Shown in pieces: positions 23,980 through 35,930 of a stretch of 64,000 nt of DNA (position 1 is the first letter of the stretch; the number at the start of each line of letters is the position of its first letter). The notes below the pieces were generated by a model that saw only the letters and a list, made by a program, of their open reading frames with translations, was not told where the DNA came from and did no database searches. Origin of the DNA: Squalus acanthias (Eukaryota); contig CM059432.1 in the NCBI GenBank assembly GCA_030390025.1, positions 56,794,001-56,858,000 of the forward strand, written 5' to 3'. The translations under genes were made by a program, and so were the position numbers.

Positions 23980-24609
23980 ACAATTCTGTTCCACTTGACA
24001 GTTTGTTTCAATTAAATATGTTAGGGAGAACCAGGGGTCACAAATTTAAGTTGTACAAGGCTAGATCTAGTTTAGATGTCAGGAGGTGGTTCTTTTCCCA
24101 GCAAATAGCGGACCTCTATAACAGGCTGCCGTCTCGTTGGATGCTGATTCACTGAATTCCTTCAAGCGAGAGCTGGACCTGTTTCTGGCTGGGGTGAAGA
24201 TCACCTCTTACAGAAGGTAGCTACTGCAGGGAATTAAGCGCCAGAGTGATCTCCTGGACTAGTTTCGATCGCCTAGATGGGTCGGAGAGGAATTTACCAG
24301 ATTTTTCCCCCCAAATTGGCCTGTGTTTTTTAGCTTTTTTTTTTTGCCTCTCCCAGGATATGACATGGTTTCAGATAGGGTGGAGTGTATATATTGTGAT
24401 ACACAAGGTATCCCAATTGTGTGGGACAGGCTTGATGGACCAGAGGGTCTTTACCTATCCGTCATTGTTCACACTTTCAGTGTTGCCAACCTTTTAAGTA
24501 CCTCCTCGTTTATCTATTTTTATCCTATCCAATTTCTGTACTATCTCCTCCTTTACTGTGATATTAGCAGCATCTTTTTAAAAAAAAAACATGCCTAAAT
24601 AGCACATAG

Positions 24610-26362
24610 GGGGTTGAAACCCAGTTTATTGACCATAGCACCAATCCAGTGAGGCAGTAGGCAGCAAATTCAGAATTGGAACAGTGGTCCCCATGCTAAC
24701 TTCCTTTGACGGTGTGCCGCCTTCTTCTCCTTCACTCTCCTCCATTACTTAGGGGACAGGCTGTGCAGGTGGCAAATCTTGGTCACCTGAAAGCAGAAAG
24801 GCACAAGAGTCGGGTTATGGTGAGGGGAGGGGGGGAAAGCAAGTTAATGATACATACAGCATCACCAGTTTGTAAGTGAGAAGAGATTGTGGAATAAGTG
24901 GGAAGTGTGATGTGAGAAGCAGGATTAGGAATGAGCATACCGTTATTGTCCCCAAGGGCTTCAACTTCGCCCGTTGCCATGGCCTCGGTGACTTCTTCTC
25001 CGATGATGTCAAGCACCGTCTCCTCCAGTTGGCTCAAGGTCTCTAAGGCAACTTAACCACCTCCCGTCTGCCGCTGCTCGCGGCGATTCTGAACCACCTT
25101 TGTCAGCAAGAGAAAGGGATGTGTGTCAGTGAATGTGGTGCAATGTGTTTGGGTTATGTGTCTACTGTGGTTGAATAGCTGGCAGCGTATGGAAGGTGTG
25201 ATATGTGGGTGAGTTTTGCAGCAGTGGTAAGGTTGTGAGGGTGAAGTAAAGCTATGATTGTGAGGTCTGAGTGGTGAAAGGTAGAGATTGTTGGAAGGTG
25301 AGTGATGGGGGTGTGGTGCATTGGGCAGTGTGTGAGGCTTGTGGAGCAGATGGTGGGGTATGGCATTTGTTGAAGCCTTCACTTACCTTGACCTGTTGTG
25401 TGTGGTCATTAAACTTCTTTTGGCACTGGATCCATGTTCTCAGTACAGGAAACTTTCGTTTATCCGGCATCGACGGGACCGGCGTGGTGCCGGTTTATCG
25501 AAAGTACCGGATAACAGAGAGTTATATCTACCGAGGCTATTTTTAACAAAGAGACTCCAAGCAGCACAGGAGAATCTACTCCTGCTACTGCAATGTTTCG
25601 GACTTGCGACAGCGCCAGGAGGCCGAGTAGTGGCACTTTTGAAAAGTGCCCCTACTGACTAAATCGGCGTTCTCGGACTCGGACTCGGGATCGGCAACAT
25701 TGCCGGTTATTTGAGAGGATTTTTCGGAGCACTCGGCGTTCGCGGAGACTCGACTGCGACTCGGCAACATTGCCGGTTATTTGAGAGGAGTTTTCGGAGG
25801 ATGATTTTTGCCGGTTAAGCGAGAATTCCGGATATTTGGGTGCCGGATAAACGAAAGTTTCCTGTACCACACTGTTGGCCATCACGTATCCAACTATCTC
25901 TTGCCACAGCCGATTCGATGTATGCGCTGATGGCTACCTGCCACCCTGCGGGAACAGGACAAGCCTGCCTCCTCTCCATGGCCTGTATCAATGCCTCCAG
26001 AGCCACATCGAAGAACTTTCTGGCTCATTCTCTTTGCTGGTGCTCAGCCTTGTGTTCAACAACAACTGCAATTCCAGTTCCAACTCCAATGACAATGAGG
26101 CGCTGCTGCATCAAAGTACCGCCCCTTTAAGTAGTGGAGAAAGACAAGGCCAAGCATTGCTGGCCATTAGACTGCCATTGGCTCACCTGTTGAGCGGTAA
26201 GCCAATCAGCAGCATGTTTAGCACTGAGATCAGCATTACAATCATGTAAATGAGCAGGCAGTATGAATTTTGCATGCTGCTTGGACCATTTTGAACTAAC
26301 GCAGCTAAATAGCGCTGGGCCATGACACCGCCCGTTTTCGGGCCATATCCAATTTCTAGGTC
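24610..26362 (-). mobile_element. Decayed Harbinger remnant with Myb/SANT pseudogene
   Basis: ARKFFDVALEALIQAMERR...RLWQEIVGYVMANSVV|LRTWIQCQKKFND..VK/gtaagt (donor at 25386). Exon 2 KVVQNRREQRQTGGG..LSQLEETVLDIIG../gtatg (24940). Acceptor at 24787. Harbinger-like end caatttctaggtc at 26362; left boundary uncertain. Confidence 0.8.
25446..25864. mobile_element. Tc1/mariner-pogo (Tigger-like) MITE, copy 1
   Basis: Perfect 24-bp TIR CAGGAAACTTTCGTTTATCCGGCA, TA TSD. Removing it restores the host Myb reading frame (NSVV-LRTW). Confidence 0.92.
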
Positions 26363-26489
26363 TATGTGTTCATAAAATCTTCTAGTTCTTTTTTTTTAAC
26401 TCGCCAGCCTTTCTTCATCCTTCTTGGACTTTCTGATCTTTATTGCCCCCTTCATATTTTCTATACTCTATTTGATTTTCTTATGCGTT

Positions 26490-27182
26490 CTTCGGCTAGC
26501 GTGGTTAAACGCGGAAATCAGCAAGTTGCTGTCTAAGATGCCCTGCTCTTCCAGAAGTTATGTGATAATGGTATTTCTCCGAGAGAGTCTGCATTGAAAC
26601 ACATGGAATGGCGTGAAGTTGCAGTACTTGTGTGATAGACACCCACTAAACTTGCCAGAAAAAGTTAGGGCTTGTCCATTGCAGTGTAAGTAAATTTGTA
26701 ACGGCATGATAAGTCTTAATTACTGCCAAATAACCTCTTTGGCATGGAAAATTAACTTTTACAAGTGTGGCATCTCATTCCTTCAGATTTTAATTATTGT
26801 TGGAGATTTAAAAAAACAAAAAAATGTAATTTTTAAAAAACTTTTTCTTTGTCTCTTTTATCTCGCTCTCTTAATCCCATCTTTCTTTCCCTCTCTTTAT
26901 TTCGCTTTCTGTACCTGATTTGACATTGAATTTAATATTCTAACTGACACTTCCTGGTTCAGACTTTGCACGCCTCATTAACGATTCTTCAATCTGATTG
27001 GTTAAGTAGATACACAGTTGCTTGCCCTGTTCACATATGTCCCAGATCCCCTGTAGAGGTTGCTGTGCCGAAACAGCTCTCTAATTACAGTAAGTTCTAG
27101 TGCAAAATCCCTTGAAAGTCTGTGGGTAAGTGTAATGAACGGCTGGCACTGTTCGTTCGCCACTGAGAGCAAAATCCGGCCC
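26490..27182 (-). mobile_element. Harbinger-type MITE family B (one end visible)
   Basis: Ends gcaaaatccggccc followed by AAT. Reverse complement matches 39538-39650 plus 42365-42900. Confidence 0.75.
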
Positions 27183-28021
27183 AATGTTTATTTGCAGTCT
27201 TGTAGGAAACTCATTTTTCGAAATGCTTTGCTAAATATAATAGACAAGTTGCCTTCATTTATGCTTTTCAGCAAAAGGTTTACAGCTGCAGAACCCCAAA
27301 GCCCTTTTTTTTAAATCAAAAAGGAACTAAAACCGTTAACATAAAAATGGACAATGGCTTTTCCCTTCCTCTTTTCTCTCTTTGAGGACTCTACTGTGAA
27401 CACTTTTTTAGTAAAATTGGATTATAGTGTATTAGATTATTCAGAATACACTTGTAACCAAGTACAACAAACCATTTGTAATAATACCTTAGAAGAGCAC
27501 CAAAAGCGCAATGTGTTATGTTCCTTATTAGGAAGCTATAACTGATGTGGGTTATATGAAAGGTCATGGTATATAAGACCGTGCTTTAAGGAAGTGTTCT
27601 GTAGTTTTAAGACCAGCTGATCTTTGTAGTTCTTTGCCTATGTTTTACATTGCTCTGATCTCTGCAGTGTTTCATTACTTCAGCTCTGCAGATACACTAT
27701 TCAATGCAGATTGTCAACTTTGTACTACAAAATTGGTTCTTTTAAAAGGGCAATGCTTTATATTCTTGGAGGTAAGAGCAGTGCTTTATTTTAAGCATTC
27801 GTTACAAAACAGTAAATAAGCTATCGTATCACAACTGCATAGTTGTTTAATAATGCTGTAAATAATTAACCCAAATTTGCATTTTTTTAAATTTCTTGGG
27901 ATGGTGACTATGCTGGCAAAGCCTCATTTATTGTCCATCTTTAGTTGCCCTGAGAAGGTGGTGGGCCATCTTCTTGAACCACTGCAGTCCTTGTGCTAAT
28001 TGTGTTTCTGCAATGTTTGGT

Positions 28022-28867
28022 TGACAGGGTTAAGTGAGTGGGCAAGAATAGGGCAGATGGAATATAATGTGGAGAAATGTGAAGTTATCTACGTTGGTAG
28101 GAAAAATAGAAAAGCAGAACATTTTTTAAATGGTGAGAGATAGGGAAATGTTGGTGTTCAGAGGGACCTGGGTGTCCGTGTACATGAATCACAGAAAATT
28201 AAAATGCGGGTACAGCCAGCAATTAGGAGAGCAAATGGTATGTTAGCCTTTATTACAGAAGGATTACAAAAGAGTAAAGAAGTCTTACTGCAATTTTATG
28301 TGCGTTGGTGAGACCACCCCTGGAGTACTGTGTACAGTTTTGGTCTCCTTACCAGGGAAAGATATACTTGCCTTAGTAGGGTGCAACAAAGGTTAACTAG
28401 ATTGATTCCTGGGATGGGGGGATTGTCCAATGAGGAGAGATTGAGTAGACTAGGCCTATATTCCCTAGAGTTTAGAAGAATGAAGGTGATCTCATTGAAA
28501 CATACAAAATTCTTAAGGGGCTTGACATGCTGGGAGGATGTTTCCCCTGGCTGGGGAGTCTACAACTCGGGGTCATAGTCTCGGGATAAGGGGTCGGCCA
28601 TTTAAGACTGAGATGAGAAATTTCTACACTCTGAGGGTTGTGAATCTTTGGAATTCTCTACCCCAGAGGGCTGTGGATGCTCAGTCATTGAGTATATTCA
28701 AGACAGAGACTGATAGATTTTTGAATATTAAGGGAATCAAGGGATATGGGGATAGTGCAGGAAGGTGGAGTTGAGGTAGAAGATCAGCCATGATCTTATT
28801 GAATGGCGGAGCAGGCTTGAAGGGCTGAATGGCCCACTCCTGCTCCTATTTCTTTTGTTCTTATGTT
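28022..28867 (+). mobile_element. CR1 3' fragment with tail
   Basis: FPLAGESTTRGHSLGIRGRPFKTEMR..GYGDSAGRWS. Tail cctgctcctatttcttttgttcttatgtt. Confidence 0.9.
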
Positions 28868-29743
28868 TGGTAAGTGTGATTATGGGTCGTCTGGGACCTG
28901 TAGCATGTTTTCCAATGCAACAGCCTAAAACCAAAGAGGCTTGCCTATTACTGTAATACATCAAATTTAATGAAGAAATATATCACACGACTGACATAAT
29001 TGAAAAATATTACACATGCTACTGATAATTAAAGATACAGCCTCATGGGGCTACTATTCACCTTTTTAATATAATTAATATAATATAAAATATAATATGG
29101 TGGATTTGATGTGTTTGCTTATGACGTAAACTGTATAACAATTTTTAAAAAGTGAAAATATTTTACCTATTTTAATGTTATTTGTAGTTTTTCTGCCTGA
29201 TTATCATGTGACACAGGTATTAAAGTATATGCTGGGAATTGTAGTTCCAGAGGAGCAGGGGGAAAAGCACAGCTCCCATAATGTATCTTTCTCGCAGGCA
29301 ATATTTGTCCATAATAACTAGAAATTCCAAGTACCCGAGGTTCAAGTGAAATTTCCAACCAAAGCTTCAAGCCCCAAACAAAAGGAGAGGCCAAAGCGGG
29401 AGAAATGTTTTGTGACTTTCTAATATTAAATGACAAATTTTAGTGGTTTTTCTTTAGAACTGTGCAACTTTTTATGCATTTCAACTGTTTGATTTTTTTT
29501 TGGAAAATAACATTTTGGGATACAGTATATGAGTAGTTAGAGACATGACATGGTAAATGTAGCAGGCTTGGGCAGAACAGGTGACTTTGGACCTATGGTT
29601 CGGTGTAGACTTATTTAAAGAGATTGATTGCTATGATTAGTCAACAACTCCATTATCATTGTATCATGCAGCTACCATGATGGTAGAAGGCAAACTAGAT
29701 GAACTGTGGTCTATTATCGTCTAACAATTCCTATGTTCCTATT

Positions 29744-29915
29744 GTGAGAAGTCGCACAACACCAGGTTATAGTCCAACAGCTTTATTTGAAATCACAAGC
29801 TTTCGGAGCACTGCTCCTTCGTCAGGATTTCAAATAAAGCTGTTGGACTATAACCTGGTGTTGTGCGACTTCTCACATTTGTCCACCCCAGTCCAACACC
29901 GGCATCTCCACATCA
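29744..29915. mobile_element. 172-bp non-autonomous PLE-type hairpin element with a hammerhead core in the loop
   Basis: Perfect 52-bp inverted arms 29743-29794 and 29826-29877, 31-nt spacer, 38-nt one-sided tail. Flanking direct repeat TATGTTCCTATT at 29732-29743 and 29916-29927. Confidence 0.85.
29795..29825 (-). ncRNA. Minimal hammerhead ribozyme core
   Basis: Minus strand CUGACGA-A-GGAGC-AGU-GCUCC-GAAAG-CUU-GU: intact core, 5-bp stem II closed by G-C, palindromic stem III AAGCUU. Confidence 0.8.
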
Positions 29916-29984
29916 TATGTTCCTATTAGCTGTATACACTGGCTAAATTAATAAATAAGGAAAATAGTGCCCAAAAACAATATA

Positions 29985-30406
29985 CAGGAAACTTTCGTTT
30001 ATCCGGCATAGACGGGACCGGCGTGGTGCCGTATCGAAAGTACCGGATAACGGAGAGTTATATCTACCGAGGCTATTTTTAACAAAGAGACTCCAGGCAG
30101 CGCGGGAGAATCAAATCCTGCTACGGCAGTGTTTCGGACTTCCGACAGCGCCAGGTGGCCGAGTAGTGGCACTTTTGAAAAGTACCCCTACTGACTAAAT
30201 CGGCGTTCGCGGACTTGGTCTCGGTCTCGGGATCGGCAACATTGCCGGTTATTTGAGAGGAGTTTTCGGAGCACTCGGCGTTCGCGGAGACTCGACTGCG
30301 ACTCGGCAACATTGCCGGTTATTTGAGAGGAGTTTTCGAAGGATGATTTTTGCCGGTTAAGCGAGAATTCCGGATATTTGGGTGCCGGATAAACGAAAGT
30401 TTCCTG
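29985..30406. mobile_element. Tc1/mariner-pogo (Tigger-like) MITE, copy 2
   Basis: Same 24-bp TIR and TA TSD. Highly similar to 25446-25864 and in the same orientation. Confidence 0.92.
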
Positions 30407-33400
30407 TAATAAAATTATTTGAATAACTTGAATCATTTTGTGGTGGTTTCTGGTTCCACGTTGCTGAATTTGAAAAATTGCAAATCATTTGATTGGGTTG
30501 TTTTGCGGTGCTTGTAGGTTGCTGATGGAAACTTTCAAATCTGTCCTGTGAATAGAACTTGTTTTTGTTTGGCTGAGTTAACTAAATGTGAAGCAATCAG
30601 TATGATTTAATTTAACAGTAGTTATTTGCACATTTTATTTTGCCCAGACATGTGATGACTTGAACGTGTCACATTCTGAACCTTTTGAGAGGTGTGGCGC
30701 TTTCTCTCTCCCTCTCTCTCTATCTCACTCTCATTTCCCCCTCACACTATTCTCATTATAGTGGCCTGGGATAGATATGGACAGAAACAGTGACAGTGGG
30801 GAGGACTGGGAATGAGTCAGTGGTGTATTAGGAAGGAATTGTTTGTGTAGGCTGGGGTCTGGCAGCACTTTGGGGGGTGGTGGGGGTAGGGTTTGCTGCT
30901 CTGCTTGTGAGTACTGTTTATCGGGTGGGGGGGCAAAAGCACAAAGTTTCTGTAAGTGCACTGTAGGATTGGGGTGGGGGGGCGGTGGTGTGAGGAGCAC
31001 AAGGGTAGAAATAATCAAAGATGGGGAAACGTCTCCATGGGTTGGAGGAGAAGCCCAAGAGCAGGTGGATGTCTGTGGAAAAACTTTCAATCGTGTGCAC
31101 ACACAGACTGGGGTTTACTGAGCTCTCAAGTAGCCCATGCATGGAGGCATGGGAACATTACAACCCAATGTCCAGTTGATTGATCAAAGCTATTGAAATG
31201 GAGCAGAAAACAAGATTGGGGTCCCTGAGAGGAAATTCCTGTATGGTGGAAAGCTGTTGGTGAGATTGAAGAATGAAATGGCTACATTTATCAGTAAGTT
31301 TTATACTTATTTTTTAAGATTGCATGGGGACCAACATGGCCATTCAAATAACTTTGAATTTTTTTTTTCAGGGACATAGTTTATTCTGAGATAAATGTTT
31401 GAGTAGTGCAATAGGTTCCTTTTTCTGAATAGGTTTTGTTGAGAGATGGTGCAGTGCACTTCATGTGTGAGTGAGTATTATCTGACCAGTTGCTTTTCAG
31501 TATGTGGAATTTGAGCCAATCAGAACGCTTTGTGTTTTATAGCGACGTCGGACACATTCCCTTGCCTTATGGACAGTTTGTCCTATGGACACTTGCCAGA
31601 TGCAACACGTTTAATCATATAGATATGTGTTAATTGTTTATTGCACCATCATTATACTGCAACTGGTAATTAGTTGTTTTGGGGTTTGTTAAAGCTTTGT
31701 TTAACATTAAGTGCTAGCTAACAGTGGGTGTTTAAAATGAAGTGCTACCCAAGTGACAAATTGGATGTTATTGCCAGTGACCTTCCATTTGGAATGCCTT
31801 GTTAAACGATGCTCTTCCAAGTTTTTCCACACATTATCTGGCTGTCCTAAATGGCTGGAAGGAAGAGATTTTCTTGTAGCTGCTTTGCATTGTAAATCTG
31901 TGAGATTTAAGATTGCTTACAGTGGTCTGAAGCGATTATTCCTCCGTTCTCTAAGTCTTTTTTAATGTTTTCTTCGGTTATTCAATTGAATTTATTGTGT
32001 TCTTTTCCATTTGCATTTTTGCTAACTGTTTTACTATATTAACAGAAACTGTCAACCTTAAACAGTAATTAATATAAAAACATTTTTTTTGTTAATTGTT
32101 CTTTTGATTTGGATGACATTGGCAAGACAGTATTTATTGCCCATCCCCAGTTGCTCTGAGGGCATTAATAGCCAACCACGTAGTGTGGTACTGGAGTCAC
32201 GTATAGGCCAGACTGGCAGGTTTGCTTTCTGAAGGACATTAGTGAACTAGTTGCCTTAATGAAGAAGTGTTTGATCACCTTTTTAGCATTTGTTTAGAAT
32301 CTCAATCATCTGATATAAATAATGCTGCAATATGTCATTGTGCAACTTAAATATGATATTTTACTCTCCTTCAAAGAAAAGCAGGTTTGTCAAATGTATA
32401 TTCATGAAGAGGATACTCCTTTTTAAAAATAAGTAAAATTCAATTTTGTGTACAAATCTAATTAGCTGACGGGAGACAATTTTTTTCTTGTAATTTTATC
32501 TAAGACATGGAAATATATATTGTCAAGTAATGCTTGAAACAATTAAAATACAAAGAAACGTTTTTGTTTTATGTGTGGCGATAAGGGTAAGAAATGTTGG
32601 CGCTGAGAAATGGAAAATAATTTTGCACCCAGTGTCAGTACTGAATACTGTTAGGTCAGATCAATCACAGAGTAAGCCCCAATAATACATTTTAGTTTCA
32701 ACCTCAGAAGAGCTGTCTGTGACATCTCTGTTTACACCACTCATTCTTGTAGTCTGTGACTGATTTAGTCATTTAGTACTAATTATTGTCCTAGTCATAC
32801 CCATTAGGAATTTTGCAGATCGAAAATTGATAAACTCATTTCACTTGTATAAGATTATTTTCAGCAGTTTTTGATGGATTCAGATCAAGATCCCAGAGGT
32901 GAAAGATGAACAATTATCCAATGTCTTGCAAACAAGCAGCTTAAATAGAGTTCTTAAAAAATCAAAGATCACATTCTGTGGAGCAATACCAGAATGCTTT
33001 CTCCTGTAATTTAGTCTTGCAATTGTGCATCACTCTGAAAAATACAAACCTAGGCCTCGTCATCGCAGCCATGAATATGCTTGATTTATTTTACTGTTAC
33101 GCCTAAAATATTAATTCTTTTAGATGTAAAAAATGGTGAATGATCATCTATAAAATGTATTCTTCCTTTGTTGATGCTAACAAAAGGTAGATGAACAGAT
33201 GAATGATCTTGGTTAATTTGATACATGAATAAATCAAGACTTCTTTATGACATAGATTATTGCAAAGTAGAATTGCAGCAATGTATATATATTAAGTCAG
33301 TAGAGCCACACAGACTTTCACATGCAACATTTTTTGAAAATGTCACTGGTTAATGGGAATAAATCTTGTAAGAACAGTGGTAAAGATTTGTATATATTTA

Positions 33401-34613
33401 ACTTTTTTAATTAGGAACACGATCATCGGCAATGGGAAATGACATGGAAGTGTATTCTACATTGAAGAATTTCTTTGTTCTTCATCATTACCAAATTATT
33501 TTCAACAGTTATAACATAATAACTTCTGAAGCTTCACATGCTTACTTGTGCTCTAAGAATTACAAATATATATATTTGAGAAGATGAGGCATTTTAGAAA
33601 ATTAAATTTGAGAATGGGAAAGATATCCGATTAACAAATTTAAATCCAGTCATGGATCTCTTGTAGAATTGTTCACAGTGGGTCAAAGGATATCCTGTTG
33701 CAATTTGGACGCTAAGGTGTAGGGGAGGGGGTACGCCTGATCATTAAAGGGATTTGGAATGAAATTTGTGGCAGATGTGCTGAGAGAGAGTTTGTTATTT
33801 GACCGGCACAAATTTCCCAGGAACCAGTGAGCTATTAAGAATTTTTTTATATGTGACAAGCATGTTCGCATGTGTGACAAGCATATGACAGCTCATGGAA
33901 AAAATTTAATAACATGTAGAGTATATAAATAGTGTTTTGTTCACTGCAAGTAGATAAATCTATCTTTCTTGTCATAGAGCAGTACAGGACCCTATTTAAT
34001 GGCTGCCAGGAGAGATTTACAGCTGCATGATGTAGATACAAGGGAGATTGTCCTGTTTCACACACCAAGGCATCCTCCCCAGATGTCAGAAGTGCACCAT
34101 TCCTGACAGCAGGTGGTGATCACGCTTAATGCTCTGTGCACTACCTAGAGACAAATTGATAAGAAAACAGCATACTTTAAGGAATCTGACAGTATCAGAC
34201 TACCGAACAGTACTATGTATTGGGTAGATGGCCCAAGATTGAATGGCAGCAAGTGAAGCCTGTCAACTGTTCAGCACAAGTCTTCACCTATGTTAATCCC
34301 TCACACAAATTTTTGGCTTTCATTGAATCTCATGCATACCCATTCTCGTGCACACTTTTAAGATGCAATACACAATTGAAAACGTGCCACACTCATATCT
34401 TCCAAGGGCATTACACCTCAAGATATTGTAAAACCTAGCTGCATGATGAGTAGTCACTTACTGACACCTGCGTGGGCATGCACATTGTGCACTTGTCTGT
34501 CACCATGAATGTGCTCCTTCAACTACTTCATCTCAAGAACACTTTTCTACTTGTACAACAGGGGGGCACATTGAGAGCACAATCCCAGCCCGGAGAGGGC
34601 CTCCCTGATGAAG

Positions 34614-35930
34614 TCATAGAATCATAGAATACTACAGCACAGAAGGAGGTCATTCAGCCCATCGAGTCTGCGCCGGCTTTTGTGAAGAGCAATCCAGTTT
34701 GTCCCACTCCCCTGCTCTTTACCCATAATGCTGCAATTTTTTCTCCTTCAAGTATTTATCCAATTCCATTTTGAAGGCTACTATTAACTCTGTATCCATC
34801 ACCTCATCAGGCAGCGCATTCCAAGTTTTCCTTGTGTTGCCGCTGGTTCTTTTGACAATCACCTTCAATCTGTGCCCTCTTGTTATTGGCCGTTCAACCA
34901 TTGGAAATCGCTTCTCTTTATTTACTCTATCTAAACCCTTCATGATTTTAAACACCTCTATCAAATCTCCTCTTAGCCTTCTCTGCTCCAAGGAGAACAA
35001 CCCCAGCTTCTCTAGTCTATCCACGTAACTGTATTCCCTAATCCCTGGAACCATTCTAGTAAACCTCTTCTGTACCCTCTCTAAAGCCTTCACGTCCTTC
35101 CTAAAGTGTGGTGCCCAGAATTAGACACAATACTCCAGCTGGGCTGAACTAGTGTTTTATATGGATTTAGCATAACTTCCTGGCTTTTGTATTCTATGCC
35201 CCTCTTTATAAAGCCCAGGATCCCATATGCTTTATTAACTGCTTTGTTAACCTGTCCTGTCACCTTCAAAGATTTGTGCACAAACGTCCCCAGGTCTCTC
35301 TGTTCTTGTACCCCCTTTAAAATTGTACCATTTAGTGTGTATGGTCTCTCCTCATTCTTCCTACCAAAATGTATCACTTCACACTTCTCTGCATTGAATT
35401 TTATTTGCTATGTGTCCGCCCATTTCACCAGCCTGTCTATGTCTTCTTGAAACCCATTACTATCTTCCTCACTGTTTACTACACTGCTAAATTTCGTTTC
35501 ATCTGCAAATTTTGAAATTGTGCCCTGTACCCCCAAATCCAAGTAATTAATATACAGCAGTAGTCCCAGTACTGAACCTTAGGGAACGCCACTGTATACC
35601 TCCCTCCAGTCTGAAAAACTGCCATTCACCACAACTCTCTTTTCTATCCCTTAGTCAATGTTGTATCCATGCTGCTACTGCCCCTTTTTTCCCATGGGCT
35701 TCAATTTTGCCAACAAGCCTAGTCTGGTACTTTATCAAATGCCTTTTGAAAGTCCATATACACAGCATCAACTCACTACCCACATCCACCCTCTCTGTTA
35801 CCTCATCAAAAAACTTAATCAAGTTAGTGAAACATGAATTTGTCCTTAACAAATCTGCTGGATCTCCTTTATTAGTCCATGCTTGTCCAAGTGGCTGTTA
35901 ATTTTCTCCCGGATTATTGTTTCTAAAAGC
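34614..35930 (-). mobile_element. CR1 LINE RT fragment with tail
   Basis: ORFs 34719-35093, 35090-35377, 35655-35852. Tail (catagaat)n at 34615. Confidence 0.9.

Larger units (their letters stand above)
22141..24472 (+). mobile_element. CR1 LINE of a different subfamily (RT to long 3' UTR), with two nested SINEs
   Basis: ATGPDDIHLRVLRE, VPVDWKEANVVPIFKKG..NYRPISLTS, KFANDTK, EYCVQFWSPH. Sequence resumes after the SINEs at 22478-22785 and 23756-23979. Confidence 0.9.

Noticed and set aside
34600..34620. CTGATGA as a hammerhead core (also about 56411)
   Set aside because: No stem II followed by GAAA.
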